A stretch of DNA of 64,000 nt from assembly GCF_006345805.1 (NCBI RefSeq), contig NC_043004.1, positions 55,242,001-55,306,000 on the forward strand. The letters run 5' to 3'. Of the stretch, positions 40,862 to 54,416 are shown one piece after another. The translations under genes and the position numbers were made by a program. The stretch comes from Octopus sinensis. Its lineage: Eukaryota. The notes under the pieces were generated by a model. It saw only the letters and a program-made list of their open reading frames with translations, had not been told where the DNA came from and made no database searches. How positions within the stretch are numbered: position 1 is the first letter of the stretch; the number at the start of each line of letters is the position of its first letter.

Positions 40862-41355
40862 GCCTCTGTGCAGCATATAAGCTACTGGGAAAGACTCAAG
40901 AGATTAAGACTCTATTCCTTAGAGCGTAGGCGAGAAAGATATGCCATGATATACATCTGGAAGATCATAGAAGGACTTGTCCCAAACTTTGGCATCGAGA
41001 GTTACACAAATGCTAGAACTGGGCGCCACTGCATAGTGCCAAGGACTCCAAATTTGCCATCAAGATGTAGGACAGGATACTGTGATAGCCTGGGCTTCAG
41101 AGGCCCACAGCTCTTCAATATCCTCCCATGGGGTGGATGCAGATGTCTTTAAAATAAAACTGGATCTCTTCCTGTCAAGTGTCCCAGATGAACCAACTTC
41201 ACGGCAGGAGGTGCAGATGAGGGCAGCTGCATCGAACTCTCTCATGCACCAAATGGTAATTGCTAAAAAGCATTCGTGTAGCAACACCAAATGGCGGTGC
41301 CCCAGCATGGCCACAACTCGTGAGCTGAAACTAGATAAAATAAAAATAAATAAAT
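40862..41355 (+). mobile_element. CR1/L2-group LINE 3' fragment with 3' UTR and (TAAAA)n tail
   Basis: SYWERLKRLRLYSLERRRERY.MIYIWKIIEG; FKIKLDLFLSSVPDEP. Confidence 0.85.
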
Positions 41356-41496
41356 AATATATATATATATATAGATAGATATATTGTTGTATTTGGGGAT
41401 GGTCACGTTGCTAGTTTAGCCAATAAAACCCACGCACTTTATATTTGGTGTTAATTTGCTTCAGCTTTATTTTATTTTTTACATTAATCGTATTTC

Positions 41497-41541
41497 GGCC
41501 AGAGTTCTTTCGTCACACTTCTGCGACCTCATCGGTGGTCC
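41497..41541 (-). ncRNA. Hammerhead-like motif
   Basis: GGACCA-CCGATGA-G-GTC…GAC-GAAA-GAAC-TC-TGGCC; stem III not self-complementary. Confidence 0.45.
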
Positions 41542-42061
41542 ATTGCTGTCTTCTTTCTTATTTGTGTGTCTTTCTTTACTAACGATCAGCCATTTTGTGT
41601 TTTGTATTCCTATTGTATGTGTTTTTATTTGCGCATGCGTACATCCCTATGTGTCTATGTATACTAAGTGCGTGTGTATGTGTGTGTGTGGAGGAGTGCC
41701 TGTATTATCTGTATACCCTGTTTATACACGTTCGTTTAATTTGTTTTTATTTATTTTGTTCGTGTGTTTATACCTATTTTTTTTCTCTGTTTTTGTATTT
41801 AATTTAATTTAATTTTATTAGCATATATAGTTATTCAATTCCATTTGTTTATCTGTGTATTGTATTATAGTTTGTTCATATTGTTATCAGTTTATGGGGA
41901 TCTTATTCTGTCATATGTTGTGGGGTGTTGGGTGTGTGTGCTAGTGTTAGTTTTACTTGGGCAAGTGTCTTCTACTACATCTCCGGTCTGACCAAAATAC
42001 TATAAGTAGAAGTAGTATGAGGAAACTGAAAGTGACTCATCGTATATATATGTATATATAT

Positions 42062-42111
<50 letters not shown>

Positions 42112-42156
42112 ATATTATATATATATATACACATATATATATACACATATATAACG

Positions 42157-42570
42157 TTAATCCAAACAAGAAAGCACAAAAAGACACAACGCGAGGACGT
42201 GGAACAAATATATATTTCTTTACTACCCACAAGGGGCTAAACATAGAGGGGACAAACAAAGGTATTAAGTCGATTATATCGACCCCAGTGCGTAACTGGT
42301 ACTTAATTTATCGACCCCGAAAGGATGAAAGGCAAAGTCGACCTCGGCGGAATTTGAACCCAGAACACGTGACAGCAGACGAAATACGGCTACGCATTTC
42401 GCCCTGCGTGCTAACGATTCTGCCAGCTCAATATAGTATTATTGGACGCTCAGGAAAGAAGGAAAGTAGGAGGGTTTAACGTTTCGAGCTCTTCGTCGGA
42501 AACATAGGAGAAGGAAAGATCCCGAGAAGGAAGACAGAGGGAAAAAAATCGCCAACGGTACACACAAGGT
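42157..42570 (-). mobile_element. Short hammerhead-bearing repeat (motif 42474-42503, stem II shortened) interrupted by a SINE family 3 copy (42213-42429)
   Basis: Collinear with 49040-49222; AATATA duplicated around the SINE. Confidence 0.75.
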
Positions 42571-42650
42571 CTCACTTTGAAATATATATATATATATATA
42601 CCCTACAGGACATCAGTTTGGAATATTTATTTTATATATATATATATAAT

Positions 42651-42684
<34 letters not shown>

Positions 42685-42699
42685 ATATATATATATAAT

Positions 42700-42924
42700 A
42701 AAATATTAGTTATCGCCATACTAATATGGCATTCTTATAAAAATAAGAATAAAGCTGACCACTTATTAGCTCCATGAGGCCATCGCCTTAAGTTAGCTAT
42801 TTGATACACAAATTTGTGTATCAAATAGCTAACTTAAGGCGATGGCCTCATGGAGCTAATAGTGGTCAGCTTTATTCTTATTTTTATAAGAATGCCATAT
42901 TAGTATGGCGATAACTAATATTTT
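42700..42924. repeat. Spacerless palindrome of about 225 bp
   Basis: Centre …CACAAA|TTTGTG… at 42812/42813; one extra base in the left arm. Confidence 0.95.
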
Positions 42925-42970
42925 CGGGAACGCTGCCGTTGTTCTCTTTTAGAGAGACTTAGTATTTTAA

Positions 42971-43044
<74 letters not shown>

Positions 43045-43083
43045 TATAATTATATATATATAATATTATATATATATATAATA

Positions 43084-43130
<47 letters not shown>

Positions 43131-44142
43131 ATATATTATATATATTATTATGTATGGATGCTGAAAAGTTCCTGGCTTTAAGGGTTGTCGCGAAAGTCCT
43201 GGTTGGAGGCTGAATCTTCCGAGTTCTTCATATATATATATGCAGGCGTGGCTGTGTGTTACGATGCTTTTGAACAACGTGGTTCCGTGTTTAGTCCCAC
43301 TGTGTGGTACCTTGCTCAAGTGTCTTGCACTATAGCCTGGCGCCGACCAAAACCTTGTGAATGGATTTGGTAGACAGAATCTGGTAGAATCCCATTGTAA
43401 GAAGTTCATATGATGGACTATCCTGTCGGCGACGACGTATGAGCATTCAGCTTTTTGTCGAACGACCTGCACAAATAATTTGTCTATAGTGATCAAACGT
43501 TCGTGTCGCACTTTAGCTCTCTCTCTCTCTCTCCACCAAATTGATGTTGTCTGAACAGGTGTACCGTGTACAACGCGTCATGTGTCGAAGTGACCGCAGA
43601 GCAAGGTGTGATGAAGTGTTTTGCTCAAGAACACAACGCGCCAACCGATCTAGGAACTGAAATCACGATCGCTAAATATAATCAAATGATTATATAATCA
43701 AATGGTGCATATATTTTCAAGTACCTTATTCTGTTATCTGAATATCCTTATTTTACTATATATATATATATATATATTACTGTGTCTGGGGAGAGCCATT
43801 GTCTTTTAGTGGTGAACAAAAACGAAATATGTGTGTGTGTGTGTGTGTGAGTATATACCACCGCTTGGCAACATGTGTCGTTCTGTTTATGCTCCGTAAA
43901 TTAACATCTTAGCAATAAGTGAACGATCGAATACGTCGTGGGCTTTAAAAATATAAGTACTGGGGTCGATTTGTCCGACTAAACCCATGGAGGTGGTGTT
44001 CCAGTGTGGCCGCAGACAAGTGATTCGAACAAGTAAAAGATAAAAGATAAATATATTCTCCCAGTGAGTGTTAGCAGTTTCCTCTCCTGATTCTCTGTTT
44101 CTTCAATTTTAAGTTGATCATCCAAAGCTTAAAATAGACGAA

Positions 44143-44337
44143 TACTGTATTACCGGTATACAAGTCGAATTTTTCACAGCAAAATTTACAACGAAAAACG
44201 GTAGGTCGACTTATACACCAAAACGACTTGCGAGGACCAAAAATTTCACTTGAACTTCTATAGGATTTGGAAAGAAAATGATGAATTACTTGTTTACACT
44301 ATATTCTACGTCGACTTGTATGCCGGAAAATACGGTA
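44143..44337. mobile_element. Tc2/pogo-like MITE
   Basis: TACTGTATTACCGGTATACAAGTCGA … TCGACTTGTATGCCGGAAAATACGGTA. Confidence 0.75.
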
Positions 44338-45207
44338 TGAATTAACGTATACGCTTGGGAAATTTTAAAAATACTCGTTTGAAAGTGTTCAGTATCGTTT
44401 AAGTCCACGGTTTTAGACACCGTTTTTGAACAACGTTTCTTTGTTCTTGGCAAAATTGCTTTGCACTAACCACATTTAACATATAATAGAACAAGAGAAG
44501 AATACAACTACACAAAATAGCCACTATTTTCATATGCTATATACTATACCATTATACCACCAAAAGTAATTAAAAGGTCACTTTAAGAAAGTACCTTTTG
44601 TCAACTCAAACAATGAACTCCAACAACAGGATGACTGTACTTACTGAGCAGGGGCCTGCTGTGAATAAGATCAAGCAAAAGAACCATACTACTCATCCTG
44701 ATATCTGCATACTCAAATAACAAAATAAGTCCAACATCACACCACACACCTCCACCTCCTAATAACTACCATTCCTTCCTTTCTTCCCATCACCTTCCAC
44801 CCCTCCCAATAGAAATGCCAGCATACCCCAATCAACCTTATCATTAATCAAAATTGGTAAACGGCCCCCAGTTAAATATCCATTTATGTTATTTCGCCTG
44901 AAGAAATGAATGCATGAACATGATCTATCCGATGTTCATGGATATTACAGACTGCACTGTAATCATCCCAGGAATACGGACTGTGATGTTAAGAAACAGG
45001 TAATTTGTGGACACGCACAATCCAAGGATTATTGTTATTATTATATTTATCCTACATTAAACCAGCGCAGCTCGATGCAACCCGAAAAGAAATTGTATTG
45101 TCAGTTGGCACCATTAGGCTGTAGCCGGCACAACCGAATAGGAGCTTTTATTCGCGTATTCAAAGCGTTTTCCGGAAACGAACTTAGAGGATATAATTAT
45201 AAATACA

Positions 45208-45295
<88 letters not shown>

Positions 45296-45439
45296 ACACA
45301 CACACACACAACATAATAGAAACAGGTTTCAAAGAAAAAGGACTACACTTGGTATAAATAGGGGAAACGTAAAATGAAAAAAAATGCACACTTAGTTTTA
45401 AAAATAATGGCTTTTTTCTATAACAACAATGCTACATCC

Positions 45440-45690
45440 ATACAAATAAACTATTTGAGGTGAAATTACGAAGTATAAATATCATTATCATGAGTCAATA
45501 TAGAAAGTCATACCGGCCTCGTCATCACTGTCTTCTGGCTTTGAATCAACACCGCATCGTTGTTGATTCAAAGTTAGTGAGCAACAATGACGAAACCGGT
45601 ATGACTATCTATATTGGCTCATGATAATGATTTTTATACTTCTTAATTTCACCTCAAATCATTTATTTGTATGTATATATCTTCATATTT
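45440..45690. repeat. Fold-back element with internal hairpin
   Basis: 45440-45530 inverted vs 45587-45680; spacer contains CTTTGAATCAACA…TGTTGATTCAAAG. Confidence 0.8.
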
Positions 45691-46778
45691 GTAAAAAGAA
45701 GCCATTACTTTGATACCCAGTGTCCATTTCCTTTGTTTCTCTTTACTTTTCCCATATATAAAAGTTTAAAAGTTTATTAATTTAAAATTTCAAAAATATT
45801 TAAAATTAAAAAATATAAAAATTTATAAATATAAATTAAAAATTTTAAATTTAAATAATTTAAATTTTAAATTTTAAATTTTATATTTTATATATTTGTA
45901 TATCATATTAATTATTTTTATTCTTATGTTTTGGTTTATGTTTTTCACTGTTTGATTTGCCTAATAGTGGTTTTATCTCTAATTTAATTTATATATATAT
46001 ACACACATATAATACTATAAATAATATATATATATACACACATATATGTACATACTTACATATATATGTATATACACATACATATATGGGTACAGGACGT
46101 CAAAAAATGTAAACAACATAAAAAACGAGAACATGAAATACAAAAACATTGAAAGTGAACCTTTTTAGGACGACGAAAGAAACAAATAGAAAAACGAGAC
46201 AGGCATCATAAAGAACAATCCCTTCCATCAGTTCTCCACTGTTTTATCTACTCCGCATTTCGTGCGTTAGAACAAGATGCGTCTACGTCAAAACAGTCGC
46301 TTCTGCAAAGCAAATTAAATAAAATTTGGGATTTGCGAAGAGTCCAAGTTGGTAACAAAAACAGGACAGTTAAAACAAATGTTAAGGGCTGTTAAGCCAT
46401 AACAAGGTGAAGTGGTGTACACTGGATAAACAAGTATTGACAGGAGACAGATAAAAATGCGTGCTATCCCTGGTAGCTGAACGAGAAAGAAATTCGAGTT
46501 ATATGAGGAAAGATGGCCGCTGGTTACGTGCGAGCAACGAGAGAGTCGAGGAGGAAGAGTGAGGAAGAGAGAGAGGGACAGAACGGCGAAGAGGGGAGGA
46601 GAAGAATTAGAGAAAGGGTGGGAGAGAAAAAGAGTATAGAAAGAGGAAGAGAGAGAGAGAGAGAGAGAGAGAGGAATAGAGATAGTGATAGAATAGTGTC
46701 GTATCAGAATTAAGATAAAACTTACTTGGGAAATGATGCGTGTGTTCGATCATATCATACTATAAATAATATATATAT

Positions 46779-46850
<72 letters not shown>

Positions 46851-46883
46851 ATATATATCTATACAGACATACATGTACATACT

Positions 46884-46939
<56 letters not shown>

Positions 46940-47101
46940 CATGCATATATGGGTGTACAGGACGTCAAAAAACATAAACAACATGCGAAACGAGAACATG
47001 AAATACAAAAACATGGAAAACTAACTTTTTTTGAACAACCAAAGAAACAGATAGAAAAACGAGACAGGCAACATAAAGAACAATCCCTTCATCAGTTGTT
47101 C

Positions 47102-47161
47102 ACTGTTTTATCTACTCCGTATTTCGAGCGTTAGTAAAAGATGTGCCTTCATCAAAACAGT
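47102..47161 (-). ncRNA. Hammerhead-like motif (C3U variant); decayed paralog at about 46237-46300
   Basis: ACTGTT-TTGATGA-AGGC…GCTC-GAAA-TACGGAGTAGA-TA-AAACAGT. Confidence 0.45.
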
Positions 47162-47179
47162 CGCTCCCGCAAAGCAAAA

Positions 47180-47680
47180 GAGAAGTATATAATTGAGAAT
47201 AAATCACAATTATAACAGAGAGGGTTATAAAACCTTTACATGTCTAGAAATAGCAGTCAAAACCGTTATAAAGCCACTTTAAACACTAATATTGTATCTC
47301 CTCAACAATAAAAGCTGTCGGCGAGCGACATGACATAAAAATTCAAAATTTAAATAAAAATAAAAGATACTCCTCTATTGCAATTTCGAAGTTAGGAACC
47401 AAAAATAGATCCATTCTTCTCGTCGGGAGAACATTCCTGTACATAGAAACTAATACAAAAAATACACCATGAGACTTAATGTGTCAACGTCTATCTACAC
47501 AATTAAAATTCTTAATTCAAACGTTATGGCGTTTATAAGAAGGGACCATTAAACGAGCCACGGCGAAATATGAGTGGTTATAGAGGCTTTACAGCGGTTT
47601 TGATCGCTATTTCTAGACATGTAAGTATTTTTATGACTCCCTCCCTTATAATTGTGATTTATTTACAATTATACACTCTT
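47180..47680. repeat. Degenerate inverted repeat, about 100-bp arms
   Basis: TACATGTCTAGAAATAGC… vs …GCTATTTCTAGACATGTA. Confidence 0.75.
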
Positions 47681-48025
47681 CTTTCATGAAAAAAAAATTT
47701 TGATTGCATGTTCTGGCCACTGATATACTAGCGATGGAAGCAATATCACTACCAAAAGATGTCTTGTTAGAACACCAAATACTGCGTTAATAGTCTCGAG
47801 AGATCCTCCCACATAATCGCTTGGTGCATAAAAGCACAAACCATAGCAGACACAATCCCACTGCAATTGTTTGAAAGTCAGTGGCAGCTGAATTTCAAGT
47901 GAATTTATCAGCTTTATGTTATTAAATATCTCTCCCACAATGTAGTTATTTCATCCCAATATACAGCCTGAGATGAAGTCACTTGGTAGGCAAGACAACT
48001 CCGATACACACACACTCACAAGCGT

Positions 48026-48058
<33 letters not shown>

Positions 48059-48460
48059 ACACACACACATACACACACACACGCACACACGCACACACAC
48101 ACACACACACCACACACACAATACAAAATGGGACAAGAACACAAAACATCCGGACAACTAGGTGATACAAAAAGGGACAACAAAATATCCAGATAAACGA
48201 TACAAAAAAAAAAACAAAAAACAAGGACGGGTCAGTCGAAGTTTTCTATCTTCAATCAAGAACTAGATTATCCCCGCAATTTCGGCTGATTATTCTTGAG
48301 ATTGCTCCAATCTGGCCAGCCCCAAGGAAAAACTAAGCTAAGAGTATTAGATTCTTTGGAAGAAAGCAGCGAATGTATACAAAAACAAGGACGGAAAAAC
48401 AGACAATGTTACACAGATATAAATACAATAAAAAATACAATAAAAATAATAACAGGACAT

Positions 48461-48524
<64 letters not shown>

Positions 48525-48536
48525 GATATATATATA

Positions 48537-48583
<47 letters not shown>

Positions 48584-49087
48584 AAGAGAGAGCAAGAGAG
48601 AAACAAAGAAAGAGAGAGAGAGAGAGAGGCGCAAGCGTGGTGTGAGCCGTAAGAAGCTTGCTTCCCTACCACATGATACCGGGTTCATTCCCACTGTGTG
48701 GTACCTTTGTTCGACTAAAGGCGATACTCCAGTATAGCCGCAGTCAAATGACTGGAACAAATATAAGAATAAAAGAATATATATGTTGAACGATGAAGGT
48801 GAGTGCTCAACACTGCGTTGGTGGATATAATTTCTTTATTTGGGAATTAAGGCTACCATTGGTTTCATGTTAAAAAAAAGTAGGAAAACATCCTAGTGTT
48901 TTAGCAATTTTTCTAGCCAATCACATGGTGATTCCATTTTGTAAAACACAGTCTCGTTTAGTTTGCGGAGATTCTCTTGAATAAAGCAATGAATCAAGGG
49001 ACGTAATCTGCCTGTCTGTCTGTCTTCTCTCTGTGACAGCGTATGTACCGTTAGCAATTTTTTCCCCTCTGTCTTCCCTTCTCTTAT

Positions 49088-49122
49088 GTTTCCGACGAAG
49101 AGCTCCGCTCGAAACGTTAAAC
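49088..49122 (+). ncRNA. Minimal hammerhead motif within a repeat at about 49040-49222
   Basis: GTTT-CCGACGA-A-GAGC-TCC-GCTC-GAAA-CG-TT-AAAC. Confidence 0.7.
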
Positions 49123-49430
49123 CCTCCTTCTTCCCTTCTTTCCTGAGCGTCCAATAATACTATATTTGCTCCACGTCCTCGCGTTGTTGTGTTTTTTTGT
49201 GCTTTCATGTTTGGATTAACTATATATATATATATATATACACCTACACAACTACAACACCGACTTTCTGGACGATGATGCTCCAAAATCTTTTGTAATT
49301 CACGTTAATTCACTGGCATCTGTGTTTCTTTAATCAAGCAAGTTTTATATTTAATTTAGAATGTGTTGATCAAGGTGACCGCTCCTGAAAACTCAGTAAT
49401 CCGAAAAGGCTTTGGAATTAAAGGCTCCTC

Positions 49431-49848
<418 letters not shown>

Positions 49849-49889
49849 GAAAGATGGTACCACGATCTCCCAGACCTCTCGAGACTTGT

Positions 49890-50200
49890 GAGTTTGATGT
49901 AATTACTGTTTATTTTGAGCATCTGAAAGTCAACTCCTGTAGGAAAAACTTGGCTGGAAAGGATATTTCAGAGGTTTGACATTTATGGAAGGAAGGTATG
50001 AATATCATCACTAGTGTGGGGTTGTACGGTAAGGGTGGAGATTGGGGAGAAGCAAGTAGGTCGGTCAGACTTGAGACAAAATGGTATGCAACCAGCCAGC
50101 TACGAGGTACTGTGGCCATTTTAGTAATGATAGTTAATGCATAGGAAGGAGAACATCATCTGTTGCTTTAGAAGTTGATGAAATCGAAGTGTGTTGATGG
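49890..50200 (-). mobile_element. Possible CR1/Jockey-group LINE 3' relic
   Basis: [31 protein letters not shown] resembles the SFFPRT..LWN.LP..VFP…FK C-terminus. Confidence 0.4.
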
Positions 50201-50451
50201 ATGGGACATCTCAACTGACAGTAACGTATTTTAAAAAAGAAACAAAAAATACTCTAAGATAAAGATAAGAAATAAAACTAACTAGAATGGGAGGATAGAA
50301 GACAGAAATAATCTTTATAACGCCCTACGTCTTCAGTGTTAGACTGTTTCAGCTCACCTTTGTAACACCTTTGTTTTATTTTCACTAACAACCTCCCCTT
50401 CGCGTGTCTCTTATATTCGAAGTTTAACTCTGTCATTTTTACATCAATGGA

Positions 50452-51228
50452 AAGGCGATAAGCTGGCAAAATCGTTGGCGAAATGCTTAGCGGTATTTCG
50501 TCTGCCGTTACGTTCTGAGTTCAAATTCCGCCGAGGTCGACTTTGCCTTTCATCCTTTCGGGGTCGATAAATTAAGTACCAGTTACGCACTGGGGTCGAT
50601 GTAATCGACTTAATACCTATGTCTGTCCTTATTTGTCCGCTCTGTGTTTAGCCCCTTGTGGGTAATAAAGAAATAGGTATTTCGTCTGCCGTTACGCTCT
50701 GAGTTCAAATTCCGAGGTCGACTTTGCCTTTCATCCTTTCGGGGTCGATAAATTAAGTACCAGTTACGCATTGGCGTCTATGTAATCGACTTAATCCGTT
50801 TGTCTGTCCTTGTTTGTCCCCTCTGTGTGTGTAGCCCCTTGTGGATAGTAAAGAAATAGGTATTTCGCCCATGTGTGCGTCCTGTGTTAAAAAAATCACC
50901 GATGTCGACTTTGCCTTTCATCCTTTCGGAGTCGATTAAATATGTACCAGTTACACACTGGGGTCGATATAATCGACTTAATCTGTTTGTCTGTCCTTAT
51001 TTGTCCTCTCTGTGTTTAGCCCCTTGTGAGTAGTAAAGAAATAGGTATTTCGTCAGCGGTTACGTTCTGAGTTCAAATTCCGCCGAGGTCGACTTCGCCT
51101 TTCATTCTTTCGGAGTCGATGCATTGTGGTTGATATAATCAACTTAATCCGTTTGTCTGACCTTGTCTGTCCTTGTCTGTCCTTGTCTGTCCCCTCTGTG
51201 TGTAGCCCCTTGTGGGCAGTAAAGATAT
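50452..51228 (+). mobile_element. Tandem array of four SINE family 3 bodies
   Basis: GGTATTTCG unit starts at 50492, 50676, 50859 and 51044. Confidence 0.9.
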
Positions 51229-52686
51229 AAGTTGACTACTGCAGTCGATGTAATCAACCATCACCTCTCCTAAAATTTCAGGCCTTGTGCTTATACTAAA
51301 AAAAGGAATTTTACGTCAACGGAATACCCATAGCTCCATAAAATACGTGATCTAATCTACTAGCTGTTGGTTTGATTTTAAAAAGATGGTGAATTTCAGT
51401 TCACCCTCTTCTTCTTTATCACTTTATCATAACTCTAAGTGGGACATCACTGTTTTTTGAGGAGGTTGTTCCTCCTCACCAATTTTCCGTATTTTCCTGG
51501 AAATTTATCGTGCTTGTTCTAGTTGCTGCTTCTATGTTAATTCGATACTGCTACAATCCTTTTATAAAACACAGACCTTATAACGTTTATTTCTTTGTAC
51601 CCTCTTGTATTAGATCCTGTGACAAAGTGACACTGTTCAGTTTTACAAAATTCTTCCAACTAATTTTTTTTTCTGAAAACCGTGTTAAATCTAAAAATTC
51701 TGTGTGAAACGGAACCAAGATTAAATTTAATACAACTCCTAATAGGACAATTTAAAACGTTTGTTGCTGTGCGAAGGCTGTTATTGATTATTAATTGCTC
51801 ATTAAAATATTAATTATTTTCTTCCTGTTCGTTCCAGTGTGACTTGTTTTTATGCTATTTTTCTCGTTTCATTTGCTGTTGCAATATTTTATCTCATACC
51901 GTGGTGGCATTTGATAAATATCTCGAGTGTGAAATGTGGTCAGAATGTTTAAGAAAATAAAGTCTGTGAAAACCCATTTTTTTCGACTACTTCTGGGTAT
52001 CGAGGCAGGCCGACCTTACATAATTAAATTGTTTTTGAGCAAATATGCCACAGAAAGATTTGGTAAATCATGCAATATATTCAGGGTTTGGAGCAAAACA
52101 TAAACACGTATTTATGCTTGAGAGCCAGTAATAATAATGATTTCAAATTTTGGCACAAGGTCATCAGTTACATTGACCCCAGTGCACAACTGGTACTTAT
52201 TTTATTGAACTACTAGATTTTTTGACAGTGAATTTTTAGTGCCTAAATGGAAGCACAGAAAACTCGTCTCCTTTACGTATTGCCTTTAAAATATTTATAA
52301 AATCAAAACCAATTGCATTCCTTTCAGTTACAAGTGTAAATATTGTTCACTAGAATTTTGTCAGTCTTTCAATATCAGCAAAAAGAGTAGGAGGTAGTTT
52401 AGCGAGTGCAATGACTTCAGTAGATTTCTGTAGCGAGAAATAGACCAAGCGCCAGGAAAATAGCGAACGTCTTTCAGTATCAAATCAAACTTTCACAAGG
52501 TTTCTGCAGTGTTTTCTTCGGATAGACATAAACTTTATTTATTAAAAGTTGTTTAACACTTCCACACACACCCTCCTTTTCACCTGTCTGCTTATCAGTC
52601 ACTATAATGTTGGACTTGAAATCGTCTTGGAGGAATTGGTTAAGACAATTTATATAAAACTTTATACAAAACATTATACACAGATA

Positions 52687-52876
52687 CAGGTTTGACTGTG
52701 TGGTAAGAAGTTTGCTTCCAAACCATATTGACTCCGGGTTCAGTCCCGCTGCGTAGTACCTAGGGCAAATGTCTTCTGCTATAGCTTCGGGCCAACCAAA
52801 GCCTTGTGAGTGGATTTCATAGTCGGAAACTGAAAGAAGCCCGTCGTGTATATATTTATATATATATAATATATGT

Positions 52877-52915
<39 letters not shown>

Positions 52916-52990
52916 TGTTTGTTTTAGTTCACCCTAAACTTTGATAACCGATGTTGGTGAAACAAATAAAAGGTAAAAGATAAAAAGGTT
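52687..52990 (+). mobile_element. SINE family 1, degraded (further partial copies at about 43224-43385, 43800-44050, 48628-48780)
   Basis: Family motifs. Confidence 0.75.
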
Positions 52991-53127
52991 ATGATTCGAT
53001 AAGGAACGAACTTACAGTTTTCTGCTACGTCTACGTTTTCATGCTTGGCCACATGAATTATCCAGAGTATGGAAAGCCGAATAGCTAAGTCAAATTGACT
53101 TTCTATAGTTCTTTCAAATAAACACAT

Positions 53128-53425
53128 AAATAGCGAAAACACCTAAAGCTCCACGAGGCTCCGGCAGGGGATGGTGGTGATCCCTGCTGTACTCTTTCGC
53201 CACAACTTTCTCTCACTCTTACTTCCTGTTTCTGTTGTACCTGTATTTCAAAGGGCCGGCCTTGTCACTCTCTGTGTCACGCTGAATATCCCCGAGAACT
53301 ACGTTAAGGGTACACGTGTCTGTGGAGTGCTCAGCCACTTACACGTTAATTTCACGAGCAGGCTGTTCCGTTGATTCGGATCAACCGGAACCCTCGTCGT
53401 CGGAACCGACGGAGTGCTTCCATCC
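53128..53425 (+). mobile_element. Repeat sharing the SINE family 2 3' half but with a different 5' part
   Basis: 53240-53420 matches 19825-19990; the upstream 110 bp does not match the SINE2 head. Confidence 0.65.
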
Positions 53426-53692
53426 ACACATAAATACTTCCAGTAGAACGTCAATATCCCATCACTCAGATTTTACGTCTCTTGTTGCCATTTTCCATCA
53501 TGCAACATTTCCATAGCTTTGTGAAAGTTTTAAACTTAATTATATAAGTTTTAGCGTTGATGTTAATAAAGTACTTTTTCTTGATTATCTTTAGCCATGA
53601 TACATTCCAAGTAAAAGCCTTGTCGAAGTTCTTCACCCAGATTCTTAGCTCGTTTTAAAGTTATTTAGTTCCTCCACGGGAATCTCCACCTA

Positions 53693-53910
53693 AACTCTTT
53701 TACTCTTTTACTTGTTTCAGTCATTTGACTGCGGCCATGCTGGAGCACCGCCTTTTAGTCGAGCAAATCAACCCCGGGACTTATTCTTTGTAAGCCCAGT
53801 ACTTATTCTATCGGTTTCTTTTGCCGAACCGCTAAGTGACGGGGACCTAAACACACCAGCATCGGTTGTCAAGCAATGCAAGGGGGACAAACACACACAC
53901 ACAAACACAC

Positions 53911-54008
<98 letters not shown>

Positions 54009-54172
54009 CAGGCTTCTTTCAGTTTCCGTCTACCTACCAAATCCACTCACAAGGCATTGGTCGGCCCGGGGCTATAGCAGAAGACACTTGCCCAAGATGC
54101 CACACAGTGGGACTGAACCCGGAACCATGTGGTTGGTAAGCAAGCTACTTACCACGCAGCCACTCCTGCGCC
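53693..54172 (-). mobile_element. SINE family 1, full length
   Basis: Family motifs. Confidence 0.88.
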
Positions 54173-54416
54173 TGTCCAATTTCGTAATATTTTTCACAAG
54201 ACATAACTGGTATGCGGTGAACTTACTAGTTACCTTACACCTTATGATGGTATTTAACTGTTCGATTCCGTGACGCGGGCTTCGATATTTTCTAGTTTTA
54301 TCCTCTTACTCTACTAACGATGAGTTATTTCGGTTCTATGTTCACAGTGGGTATCTCCTCGGTATTTCTTCAGAGTGATAGTATTTCTATGTAAGTTGGT
54401 ATGCTTGCTTATTCAA

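Noticed and set aside
53140-53200. Possible HDV-like ribozyme (TCCACG loop, GG, hairpin)
   Set aside because: Could not find a P1 5' strand or a convincing P2
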